A stretch of DNA of 64,000 bases, taken from Planctomycetota bacterium. GTDB taxonomy: Bacteria > Planctomycetota > UBA8108 > SXIK01. The notes below the pieces were generated by a model. It worked only from the letters and a program-made list of their open reading frames with translations, was not told where the DNA came from and did no database searches. Both the position numbers and the translations under genes were made by a program. The DNA is taken from assembly GCA_965223265.1 (NCBI GenBank), contig OZ244999.1, positions 5,600,001 through 5,664,000 on the forward strand. Reading direction: 5' to 3'. Numbering within the stretch: position 1 is the first letter of the stretch; each line of letters begins with the position of its first letter. Shown here piece after piece: positions 19,211 through 28,344 of the stretch.

Positions 19211-20308
19211 ATGCTCCGTATTTCAGCACCGTCGTCCGGACGATCCGCCCAGAGCCGCAGCGGGCAAGCCTGTCATCACTTCCTGCTCTCGATTGCGGTG
19301 TCTGCGCCAGTCCTACTCGCGGGCTGTCAATCGGCGTATGTCCTCAGCCAAGGATGGCACCAGCTTCAACTTGGTCGACAACAAAGGCCTCTGAAGGAAG
19401 TACTCGGCGATCCTCAAACCAGCGCCGAGCACGCCGAAAAACTCAAATGGGTGCCGAAGGTCCTCGACTTCTGTCGAGACGAGTTGGGACTGGACCCCGG
19501 CGACGCTTACACATCGTATCTCGACACCACGGGGACCCCGGTCAGCTATGTTGTCACGGCGTCGCATCAACTGGCTCTCATCCCGTACCGCTGGCGATTT
19601 CCGTTCGTCGGCAAGGTCTCGTACAAAGGGTACTTCGCGCGCGACGATGCCGACGCCGAGGCATCCCGGTTGCGCGAACAGGGATACGATGTGCAGGTGT
19701 CGCCAGTGAGGGCGTACAGCACCCTCGGCTGGTTCAAGGATCCCGTGCTCTCAACCATGCTCGAGGACGATGTCGTCGAGCTCATTGACCTGCTGATTCA
19801 TGAGACGACCCATCGCACGGTCTATCTGCCGGACGCCACCAGTTTCAACGAGAGTCTCGCCACCCACATCGCCTACGAAGGCACGCAGCGTTTTGTCGCG
19901 AAGCACCCCGATTTACAGCCTCTCCTCGCTCAATACGAAGCCCGCCGCCGACGCACAAAGCAACACCGCGAGCTGTTGTTCCGATTGCGACGCGACCTTG
20001 ACGCACTTTTTCGGTCACAGATTCCGGACAGCGATAAAGTGAAACAAAAGAAAGCTTTGTTTCGCACCGCGTCGCGCGCGATTCGCACGCTCTCCTCAGA
20101 GCCAAGCAACTACGAGCTACCGGCAAACAACTGCGTCATCTTGGGCGTCGCTCGCTACCACGAATACGAGGAGTTCCTCACGCATCTGCAGCGAGACGTC
20201 GGTGGCCATCCGAACCAACTGACGGCATACTTAGTTGCCTTCGCACAAACTGGGCAGGCGTTACCGGAACTGCTGAACAAAGGAAAGGGAGCGGTAGTCT
20301 TGCCGTAG
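19211..20308 (+). CDS. Putative zinc aminopeptidase lipoprotein
   Basis: LAGC lipobox, WRFPFVGKVSYKGYF, AYSTLGWFKDP and HETTH...FNES motifs. Confidence 0.85.
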   Translation: MLRISAPSSGRSAQSRSGQACHHFLLSIAVSAPVLLAGCQSAYVLSQGWHQLQLGRQQRPLKEVLGDPQTSAEHAEKLKWVPKVLDFCRDELGLDPGDAYTSYLDTTGTPVSYVVTASHQLALIPYRWRFPFVGKVSYKGYFARDDADAEASRLREQGYDVQVSPVRAYSTLGWFKDPVLSTMLEDDVVELIDLLIHETTHRTVYLPDATSFNESLATHIAYEGTQRFVAKHPDLQPLLAQYEARRRRTKQHRELLFRLRRDLDALFRSQIPDSDKVKQKKALFRTASRAIRTLSSEPSNYELPANNCVILGVARYHEYEEFLTHLQRDVGGHPNQLTAYLVAFAQTGQALPELLNKGKGAVVLP

Positions 20309-20322
20309 CCACAACGCCTGCA

Positions 20323-22254
20323 ATGACGCCGCACGTTCGAGGCGCGAGTTTCGAACTCGCGTGTCCCCCACCGACGACGAGCCGAACGACCGCTGTGCGC
20401 GAAGCTAACGATTCGACAGACCTCTCCAGAACGACTCCTATGACACCGCCACCAGCGCCATCGGATCTGGCCGCGCCGGGAATCATGGGATCTCATGCGC
20501 CCGACGGAACGCGGCAGCCGTCGTCGACTAAGCCACTGCAGGCTTCCAATCTGCACTACGTGCTTCACGTTGCCAGGCTTCGGTATCGGCAATGGAAGAA
20601 CAACCTCGGACATGTCCGACGGGATTCGCTCACCAGGATCATCGTGGTGCTGTTCGGGCTCTTGAACGTCTTTTTGCTCGGGTTCGCAGTCTCCTATAAA
20701 TCGTTTCGGTTTATCGAGGAGTTCGAAGCGTTTGGCGTCGCGCTCAACTCTAGAATGATATCGCTGCTATTCTTTGCGCTCTTCGCCCTCGTCGTGCTCT
20801 CGACCATCATCGTTACTTACGCGACTCTGTTCCTCGCTAAGGAGACGAGCTTCTTCTATGAGCATCCGCTACCACCGCGGAGCATTCTGACGATCAAGTT
20901 GACCGAGTCGATCGCATTCAGTTCGTGGGCAACACTTTTCCTCGGCTATCCCGTCCTCGTTTCGTTCGGGGCACTGCGTGGAGCAGGATTCGTCTACTAT
21001 TTCGAGGCAGCGGCGATCCTCGTGTTGTTCCTAGCTTTCGCGGGCCTCACCGGCGCGTTCTTCAGCATCCTCCTCGCGCCTGTGATTCGGCGTCTGTCAC
21101 TGCGTCAAATCGCACTCTTTTGCCTGCTCGCGTTCGTTGCTGTTTGTCATGCGTTTCTCAAGTCGTTCAATTTCGGCGATGTCGGCGAGCAGGACCAACT
21201 GCTTCTCCTCGATCGTTTCACCTCCAGCCTCTTGATCATTCACTCACCGTACTTCCCAAGTTACTGGGCATCGGCGGGCGTCCTTTCAGCGGCCGCCGGC
21301 AATCACCAAGAGTCGCTCATCCATACGGCCACACTCTTAGCCAACACACTGATATTTCTTCCGTTCATCGCTTGGTACGGAAACCGCTTTTACGGCACCT
21401 CTTGGCTCGTAGGCCGCTCGCTTCCATTCGCGAGAAAACGCCGCGCGAAGGGCGAACCCGCGGCAGCGCAGATCTCGACGGTGGTGCGCGCGTTCAACCG
21501 GCGACGCCTCTCTGCGCTCCTCTTGAAAGACATGCTCGTGTTCTTACGCGACCCGGCCCAGCTCAGCCAGTCCGTGCTCTTCTTTCTCCTCATGGCGATC
21601 TACTCGCTCAGTCTGCTGCGGGTGCCAACGTTTTTCTCAACGCCGGTCCTGCAGAAAATCCTTTTCTTCGCCAACCTGACAGCCCTTTGCATGATCCTCT
21701 CGTCGTTCACGTCACGTTTTCTCTTTCCGCTCATCAGCCTCGAAGGAAGGGCTTTCTGGATCGTCGGTTTGGCGCCGATGCGTCGATCGGCTCTGCTGAT
21801 CCAAAAGGCGGTTTTCGGTCTCGCGATTACGCTCGCGGTGGGCATTCCGATGACGATCGTCTCGAATCTCGCACTGAATATGCCCTTTGAGATGGTTTTG
21901 AGCGCGGTCTACATCGTCACTCTTGTTGGCCTTTGCCTGACCGCACTCGCGATTGGGCTCGGCGCGGCCTATCCAAACTTTGCTGAAGACAACCCCTCAA
22001 GAATCGCAGTTGGAGTAGGTGGGACCCTCAACTTCTTTGCGAGCGCGCTCTCGGTCGCTGTCATCATCACCATCATCGCGCTCCCTCACCTGATACCGCG
22101 ACTCGCTTCGGAAGAGCCAATGCTCGGAAGCATGCCGCCGCCCTCCACGATCGCGGTTTTCGCCGCCCACGCCGGCGCCACCGTTGCCGCCGCGGTACTC
22201 TCATTGTTTTGCTACCACTTCGGCTCACGTCATCTCGAAGGATACGAGTTTTGA
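20323..22254 (+). CDS. Putative ABC exporter permease
   Basis: More than 10 hydrophobic helices, KDMLVFLRDPAQ and FPLISLEG motifs, near an ABC ATPase. True start is probably later. Confidence 0.8.
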   Translation: MTPHVRGASFELACPPPTTSRTTAVREANDSTDLSRTTPMTPPPAPSDLAAPGIMGSHAPDGTRQPSSTKPLQASNLHYVLHVARLRYRQWKNNLGHVRRDSLTRIIVVLFGLLNVFLLGFAVSYKSFRFIEEFEAFGVALNSRMISLLFFALFALVVLSTIIVTYATLFLAKETSFFYEHPLPPRSILTIKLTESIAFSSWATLFLGYPVLVSFGALRGAGFVYYFEAAAILVLFLAFAGLTGAFFSILLAPVIRRLSLRQIALFCLLAFVAVCHAFLKSFNFGDVGEQDQLLLLDRFTSSLLIIHSPYFPSYWASAGVLSAAAGNHQESLIHTATLLANTLIFLPFIAWYGNRFYGTSWLVGRSLPFARKRRAKGEPAAAQISTVVRAFNRRRLSALLLKDMLVFLRDPAQLSQSVLFFLLMAIYSLSLLRVPTFFSTPVLQKILFFANLTALCMILSSFTSRFLFPLISLEGRAFWIVGLAPMRRSALLIQKAVFGLAITLAVGIPMTIVSNLALNMPFEMVLSAVYIVTLVGLCLTALAIGLGAAYPNFAEDNPSRIAVGVGGTLNFFASALSVAVIITIIALPHLIPRLASEEPMLGSMPPPSTIAVFAAHAGATVAAAVLSLFCYHFGSRHLEGYEF

Positions 22255-23081
22255 AATATCTGTGGCCAGTGCTCTCGGTGTTGATTTTTATCTTCTGGGC
22301 GACGATGAACACCGTCGTCGTGCTGCGTGAGAGGCAGATCGCGAAACAGGATCGATATCAACGCCATCTCAACGAGTTCCTCGACAAAAATCATCGACGC
22401 GAGAGGTGGATGGGCATCTACCAACGATCGCCAGATTTTCGCCGCAAGCTTGGCTACACCGGCATGGTCATCGAGCGTCTTCCTGGCACACGTGGCATCG
22501 AGTATCACACAGACATAGAGACCGTCGTCGATACCGATGCATTCAACACACGCGTCCCGCTGCTCAACTGGTTGCTTGGCGAGGGGCGCCTTTCCATCAA
22601 GGCAAGACTGATTCAGGACGACGAGCTCAAGCCGGAGTTCCTCTCGGTTGAGTTACAGCTTCCAAAGGGCGGGCGCTTGTCGCTTTCGGGGAGACGCGAC
22701 GGCGACGTTTTCCGCATTCAGACCCAGGGGGGTCAGTCCGTCAAGATCCCCGTCAACAAGTTCGTGTTAGGAAACGGATTCGTTCCGACTCTTCCACTCG
22801 CAGGGCTGAACGAAGGTGATTCGTTTCAAGTGGCGGCCTTCGACACGGTTTCGATGCGACCGCAAAACGCCACCGTGACCGTGACGGACCTGCGTGCAGA
22901 ACAGATCGACGGAGTCTTCGTGGACGTCTACGAGCTGGAGACGGATCTGGGCGGTCGTAAGAGCTCGTCGCTTGTCACACAAGATGGGACCTTACTACGC
23001 GTTCACCTCGGTGCCCCCTTCGCGGGAATCGAGCTGCGACGGGAGCGCCGTGAGTCGGCACGACGGGGCATGAAGAAATGA
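22251..23081 (+). CDS. Membrane-anchored hypothetical protein in the ABC operon
   Basis: TTG start overlaps the permease stop; N-terminal TM helix; its stop overlaps the ATPase start. Confidence 0.7.
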   Translation: MKYLWPVLSVLIFIFWATMNTVVVLRERQIAKQDRYQRHLNEFLDKNHRRERWMGIYQRSPDFRRKLGYTGMVIERLPGTRGIEYHTDIETVVDTDAFNTRVPLLNWLLGEGRLSIKARLIQDDELKPEFLSVELQLPKGGRLSLSGRRDGDVFRIQTQGGQSVKIPVNKFVLGNGFVPTLPLAGLNEGDSFQVAAFDTVSMRPQNATVTVTDLRAEQIDGVFVDVYELETDLGGRKSSSLVTQDGTLLRVHLGAPFAGIELRRERRESARRGMKK

Positions 23082-23800
23082 TCGAGATTCAGGGCCTGAT
23101 CAAGAAGTACCGCGGCCAAGAACGTGCTGCTGTCGACGATCTGAATCTCGACATCGGGGCTGGTGTCTTCTACACGTTCCTCGGCCCCAACGGAGCGGGC
23201 AAGACGACCACGATGCGCATCATGGCCGGACTGCTGCAGCCAACCGCTGGAAGTGTTCGTATCGCAGGCTTCGACGTCCTCAACGACCCTGTGAGCGTCA
23301 AAGCGAGTATCGGATACATTCCGGACCACCCCTACCTCTACGAAAAGCTGAGTGGCTGGGAGTTTCTCCACTTCATCGGAGGAATCTACCAGCTGCCGGA
23401 AGAGCACGTGACGACCCGCGGCCACACGCTGCTCGAAGTCTTCGATCTCAGGGCAGAGGCTGACAAGCTGATCGACAGCTATTCCCACGGCATGCGGCAG
23501 CGCCTCGCGTTCGTCGCCTGCTTTCTCCATGACCCAAAGGTCGTCATCATCGACGAGCCCTGGGTCGGACTCGATCCGAAGAACATTCGGACCGCGATCA
23601 ATTTCCTCCGCGAGCAAACCCGCGTCGGGGTGACCATTTTCATGTCGACACACTCCCTGGGAATCGCAGAGCAAGTCGCCGAGCGCATCGGGATCATTCA
23701 CAAGGGAAAGCTCCTCTACGACGGTGACGTCAGCGGGCTGAGAGAACTCTCGGGCGCGGAGGACTTGGAAGACGTCTTTCTCGAGCTGACCGAGGGATAA
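23078..23800 (+). CDS. ABC transporter ATP-binding protein
   Basis: GPNGAGKTT, YSHGMRQR and IIDEP motifs. Confidence 0.95.
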   Translation: MIEIQGLIKKYRGQERAAVDDLNLDIGAGVFYTFLGPNGAGKTTTMRIMAGLLQPTAGSVRIAGFDVLNDPVSVKASIGYIPDHPYLYEKLSGWEFLHFIGGIYQLPEEHVTTRGHTLLEVFDLRAEADKLIDSYSHGMRQRLAFVACFLHDPKVVIIDEPWVGLDPKNIRTAINFLREQTRVGVTIFMSTHSLGIAEQVAERIGIIHKGKLLYDGDVSGLRELSGAEDLEDVFLELTEG

Positions 23801-23810
23801 GTCGGGGGCC

Positions 23811-23869
23811 CCAGGGTTCCCCGGCCAGGGTTCCCCGGCCAGGGTTCCCCGCCAGGGTTCCCCGGCCAG
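23811..23869 (+). repeat. Tandem repeat, 4 x CCAGGGTTCCCCGG (one copy lacks a G)
   Basis: Seen directly, 10 nt after the ATPase stop. Confidence 0.9.
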
Positions 23870-24028
23870 ACGTCCGCTGGCGCCGCCTTGAGACTCTCTT
23901 GAAACGCGGCGCTGCCCGCCCTCAGCCGGCCGATGACGTCGCAAAACGGGGTCCGCCGGCAGCGACAAAAGCCGCGGCGCTCCTCCATCGGAGCAGGAAA
24001 TCTCTTGCAAAGACGCCCCATCTTCAAT

Positions 24029-24048
24029 AAAAGACAAAAAGATCTTTT
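24029..24048. promoter_or_regulatory. AT-rich imperfect palindrome, candidate Rrf2 operator
   Basis: AAAAGAC-N6-ATCTTTT upstream of the cytochrome gene; an Rrf2 gene lies two genes downstream on the same strand. Confidence 0.4.
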
Positions 24049-24082
24049 TATCTTTTCCGATGCGGCCGTTGAGACAGGAACG

Positions 24083-25639
24083 ATGAAAGAGAAGACAAAG
24101 GTCTCACAAACCATTCTATTTACGACACTTGCGTCCTTGTCGCTGATCGGCGCAACCGTCTTGGGTCAAGCGACGGAAGGCGCCGCGGGCCTCACAAGGT
24201 CGCCAGCAGCGGCGCATGAATCGGAGGTGCTGAAGTTCGTCGCACGCTTCCATCTGGTTCTCCTGCACTTTCCGATCGGGCTACTGGGAGGCGCAGCACT
24301 CTTAGAGCTCTATTCTCTGTTCCGGCCGGCGCGAAACCTCGCCGGCGTCAAGGCCTTCGTCCTCACGATCACATCGGTTTCGGGGATCATCGTCTCGCTG
24401 ATGGGACTCGCGCTGGCACAGGAAGGCGGATACGACCCAGAGACTCTGAGTCGCCACCAGTGGCTAGGTCTGACGGTTGTGGCGCTCGTCGTCGTCACAA
24501 CCCTCGTCCACCGCAAGGTGAGCCGACAGGGCGGCCCAAGACGACTCACATTCGCCTATCGCGGGCTCCTCGGTTCGGCAGTGTTCGTCCTCATGCTTGC
24601 CGGCCACGAAGGCGGCAACTTGACCCACGGCTCCCAGTACCTGCTCCAGCACGCCCCCTCGTTCGTGAAACGCCTCTTTGCCGAAGGCACGTCAACCCTC
24701 GGCTCGGCACATCAGGCGGGCGACGAAAACCGCGGCATGCCGAAGGCCATCGCGACGATCTTGGAGTCCGCGTGCGTTCAGTGTCACGGCAGGGAGAAAC
24801 AGAAAGGCGGCTATCGTCTCGACGTCAAATCCGTCGCTTTCGCCGGCGGCGACAGCGAACTCACCGCCATTGTTCCCGGGCGCCCCCTGGAGAGCAATCT
24901 TGTGCGCCTCCTGCTTTTATCGCCGACTGACGACGACGTCATGCCGCCCCAAGGCAAGGGAGACATGACCGCCGAGGAGATCCTGACCGTGATTCGTTGG
25001 ATCGAAGCGGGCGCCCCGTTCGGCGACGATGCGTCATCACCCAAAAGCGATCCTGCCGACCCGACTCATCGAGCGACCACGACGCACGCCGAGGGCCTCG
25101 TGACGGCGACGGTGGGATCACTCGTGGCGGTCGAAACGGCGCCAAGTTCCGGCGTCGTCTCGAACGAGCTAACTCCACGAATCGACGACACCCCCAAGGC
25201 AGACGCCGCACGGAGATTGCCGGCAGAAGGAACCAGTCCAGCTGTCGGCGAGACCGCCACGGGCGCAGAACGGACAGGGAAGGTCGATTTCCAAAGCGAG
25301 ATCCAACCAATTCTGGCTCGCCACTGCGTCCGCTGCCACGGCGCCGACAAACGTCGGGGAAGACTTCGCCTCCACACGTGGGACGATGCCCTCGACGGCG
25401 GCAAGAAGAAGGGGCCTGCCATTGTCGCCGGCAAGCCTGAAGAAAGCCCACTCTACCTCCTCGCGGCGATCGATCCGGCCAACGACGACGACGAAGAGCT
25501 CATGCCGCCCGACGGCAAAGGGAGACCGCTGACCGAAGACGAGCTCGAAACGCTAGCGCTCTGGATCAAGCAAGGAGCCGAGTGGCCAGAGGGGCTAAGT
25601 ATCGAAGAAGAAAACGAAGAAGAGGTGGAGGCGAAATGA
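24083..25639 (+). CDS. Membrane protein (DUF2231-like) with two planctomycete cytochrome c domains
   Basis: FHLVLLHFPIG and GHEGGNLTHG membrane domain; CVQCH and CVRCH heme motifs, each followed by MPP...W. Confidence 0.85.
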   Translation: MKEKTKVSQTILFTTLASLSLIGATVLGQATEGAAGLTRSPAAAHESEVLKFVARFHLVLLHFPIGLLGGAALLELYSLFRPARNLAGVKAFVLTITSVSGIIVSLMGLALAQEGGYDPETLSRHQWLGLTVVALVVVTTLVHRKVSRQGGPRRLTFAYRGLLGSAVFVLMLAGHEGGNLTHGSQYLLQHAPSFVKRLFAEGTSTLGSAHQAGDENRGMPKAIATILESACVQCHGREKQKGGYRLDVKSVAFAGGDSELTAIVPGRPLESNLVRLLLLSPTDDDVMPPQGKGDMTAEEILTVIRWIEAGAPFGDDASSPKSDPADPTHRATTTHAEGLVTATVGSLVAVETAPSSGVVSNELTPRIDDTPKADAARRLPAEGTSPAVGETATGAERTGKVDFQSEIQPILARHCVRCHGADKRRGRLRLHTWDDALDGGKKKGPAIVAGKPEESPLYLLAAIDPANDDDEELMPPDGKGRPLTEDELETLALWIKQGAEWPEGLSIEEENEEEVEAK

Positions 25640-25707
25640 GAGAGAAAGACAACCGTCTGGCACTGCTTTACTACACGTAGGACCAAGATAGGAATAGGAG
25701 TCGTTTC

Positions 25708-25965
25708 ATGGGCGCCATATTGCTCTTTCCGATTTTCCTCCTGGTCGTCGCGATCCCCCTCGCAGCTACTTTTTTCATCGGCGCGGTTCTATCGTCCGTC
25801 CCGGAAACCGAATCGGTTCCGTCGGCACCACGGGAAACGCGACCTGCGAAGCGAATCGAGCCGACGAGAACGACGACTGCACGACCCAGAGCGCAGAAGC
25901 GGCGCCGCGCCGCGAGCAGAAGTCAGAGCCGCGCGCGACCTGCCCTTCACGGCGCCGCACGCTGA
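25708..25965 (+). CDS. Small membrane protein, hypothetical
   Basis: AGGAG RBS, hydrophobic N-terminus, basic tail. Confidence 0.55.
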   Translation: MGAILLFPIFLLVVAIPLAATFFIGAVLSSVPETESVPSAPRETRPAKRIEPTRTTTARPRAQKRRRAASRSQSRARPALHGAAR

Positions 25966-26032
25966 ACGGGAGACCCTCAGCGGGACGCCAGGGCTCATTG
26001 CATATCCACAGACGGCTGCGATACACTGTGGC

Positions 26033-26482
26033 ATGCTTTACTCGAGCGCCTGTGCCCATGCGATTCGCGCCTTGTCGCAGCTCGCGTTGATGGCGCCGAG
26101 CGGCAACGTACTCTTGAGCGAGCTCTGCGACAGCGCCGGCCTCCCACGTCACTACGTTGCCAAAGTGTTCCAAACCTTGGTCCGGCAGGGTCTCCTCAAA
26201 AGCAGTAAGGGACGGGGCGGAGGATTTTCCCTGGCGCGAGCGCCGACGAAGATCACGCTCTGGGATATCGTCGAAAGCGTTGACGGCACCAGCGAGCTCG
26301 AGCAGTGTGTCGTCGGAATCGCGCCCTGCGACGATCTGCAGCCGTGTCCACAGCACGACCAATGGAAGGCGATGCGCTCACAGATCAAGTCGTACCTACA
26401 GGAAACGACGCTCGATGAGCTGAGCCGCACCCTGCAGCGAAAGCTCGAACGCCTTCAAAGCTCTCCGTCGACGCCGGGCTGA
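26033..26482 (+). CDS. Rrf2 family transcriptional regulator
   Basis: SSKGRGGGFSLAR, ITLWDIVESVDG and C-terminal C..C..CxxH Fe-S ligand pattern. Confidence 0.92.
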   Translation: MLYSSACAHAIRALSQLALMAPSGNVLLSELCDSAGLPRHYVAKVFQTLVRQGLLKSSKGRGGGFSLARAPTKITLWDIVESVDGTSELEQCVVGIAPCDDLQPCPQHDQWKAMRSQIKSYLQETTLDELSRTLQRKLERLQSSPSTPG

Positions 26483-26568
26483 GTCATGTCGTGAACGGCA
26501 GAGCGAGCGCGCAGGCACAGCCGTAAAGCCCATGCGCCGCCGTCACGATCGCATCGATGTGTCATCCT

Positions 26569-28344
26569 TCAGGGCTCATCCGAGGCGGCGACTGACGCCC
26601 CGTCCTCGAGCTCATGCTGGAGAGCTCGCACCAAACCCGCCAGCTCCTCGCGCTCCGTCTGCCATCGTTCGAGCGCGCTCTCCGCGGTCCGCATCCTCGC
26701 CTCGCCGCACTCGCTCGCCTCAACGCCAGACTCCGCTTCCGTGCGTCGAAATGTCCGTTCGAGCCGCTGCAGCTGGCGTGTCCAGGCAACCACCGCGGCT
26801 AGCACATAAGCAAGAACCAACGACAGCACGAATCCAGCGAGAAAGAGTGGGTTCAATCCGCCGCTGACGAAGCTAACGGCTAACTGACTCCCCACGTCCC
26901 CCCACGGCACAGAGCCGCTCTCCCTCCACGTCTCGATTCCGATTCTGAGCGCCGGATGAACCAGCGTCAACACGAACCCAAGCGCCACGACCAGCGCCGC
27001 GGCGTGATTCCAAATCGACCATCGCCGCTTCAGACGATTCTCCCATTCACGCACTCGACCTTGATGCTCCGCGATCGTGCGCACGAACAGATTCTCTGGC
27101 TCGTCTGTCTCGCGTGCGGGCAGCTCCACAACTCCTGCAACCTCGAGCCGAGCGCTGCGAACAGTGTTGTCGACCGATTCCAGATATGGGCGAAAATGCC
27201 GGCGCAATCGCTGCGACGTGAGTCCCGCGAGATGGCGGCGACCCTTGGCCGACTTCCAGCGTAAGAACCCCTTGAATGTCAGCAAGAAATCGACGGGAAA
27301 CCCGAACGACTGCGCGTTCTGTCGCAGCCGCTCCACGGCCATGAGGTGGCGTTCGTCGGCGGACAGCACTGTCGCGCCAAGCGTCGCCACCGTGCGCTCA
27401 TGCTCTGCGCGCCGATCACGCAACGACTCGAGCGCCCTGGCAACCTTCATGGCGCTGAGTCCCTCGCCGGCGAGCGGTGCCAGCTCGTTCGCCAAATCGA
27501 GCTGGCGAGCCTCAATATTCAGCTCCTTGGCGGCGCGTCGTCTCTGCTCCTGGCGATAAGCTTCGAGCAGTTTCACGCAGGCCCCGAACTCCCCGGCGCC
27601 TGCGCTCAGTGCAGAAAGCGCCGTTCCCTCTCGCCTCGCTTCGAGTGCCACGCGCGCAGAAATCGCCAGGAATCGCTCGTCGGGAACGTCGAGGTGAGCG
27701 TAGTGGACAAGCTTTGCGCGCAGGTCCGAGAGAATCCCGTCGACGACGTTTTGCCACTCTTGCGGATATCGATCCTGAAGCGAGTCGATCTTGTTGAGCA
27801 CGATGTAAAAGTTCTCGCGGCTCTGCGGCAACTGTTTGAGAAACTCGTACAGTCGTTCGTCGGCGTATTTGACGTCATCCACGAGGAGGAAGAGAACGTC
27901 CAATCGCGGTTGAAATCGCCCCAGCACCTCATGATGAAGACGGTCGACGGAATCGAAGTCGGGGAAGTCGAGCACCACGACACGCGACAACGCAGCGTTG
28001 TTGTGCAGCCGCTGCGGCTCGACGATGTCCGCGATCGGCATGCCATGTGGCAATGGAGTGCTCTCATGGCGATAGACGATAACGCGGTCCGTCGTCGGAC
28101 GCCGGTCACTGCTCGTGGAGATCACTTCACCCGCAAGCGCGTTGATGAGAGTCGACTTACCGACTCCAGTGCCCCCGACCAGCCCCACCACGAGCAGGTC
28201 GTCGAGGCTGCGTTCGTCGGCAGCGATCCTCTCCCACTCGGCTTGCAAACGGTGGCTCGTCGCGGGTGACAGGAGCGTCAACTCACGGGTGAGGAACTCA
28301 CCGAGACGACTCCAACTCGAACGATCGGACAACGCCACAATCAA
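26569..28344 (-). CDS. Dynamin-like GTPase with C-terminal TM helices
   Basis: GGTGVGKS, DFPD and NKID motifs, helical region, two hydrophobic segments. Confidence 0.8.
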   Translation of the reverse strand: MIVALSDRSSWSRLGEFLTRELTLLSPATSHRLQAEWERIAADERSLDDLLVVGLVGGTGVGKSTLINALAGEVISTSSDRRPTTDRVIVYRHESTPLPHGMPIADIVEPQRLHNNAALSRVVVLDFPDFDSVDRLHHEVLGRFQPRLDVLFLLVDDVKYADERLYEFLKQLPQSRENFYIVLNKIDSLQDRYPQEWQNVVDGILSDLRAKLVHYAHLDVPDERFLAISARVALEARREGTALSALSAGAGEFGACVKLLEAYRQEQRRRAAKELNIEARQLDLANELAPLAGEGLSAMKVARALESLRDRRAEHERTVATLGATVLSADERHLMAVERLRQNAQSFGFPVDFLLTFKGFLRWKSAKGRRHLAGLTSQRLRRHFRPYLESVDNTVRSARLEVAGVVELPARETDEPENLFVRTIAEHQGRVREWENRLKRRWSIWNHAAALVVALGFVLTLVHPALRIGIETWRESGSVPWGDVGSQLAVSFVSGGLNPLFLAGFVLSLVLAYVLAAVVAWTRQLQRLERTFRRTEAESGVEASECGEARMRTAESALERWQTEREELAGLVRALQHELEDGASVAASDEP

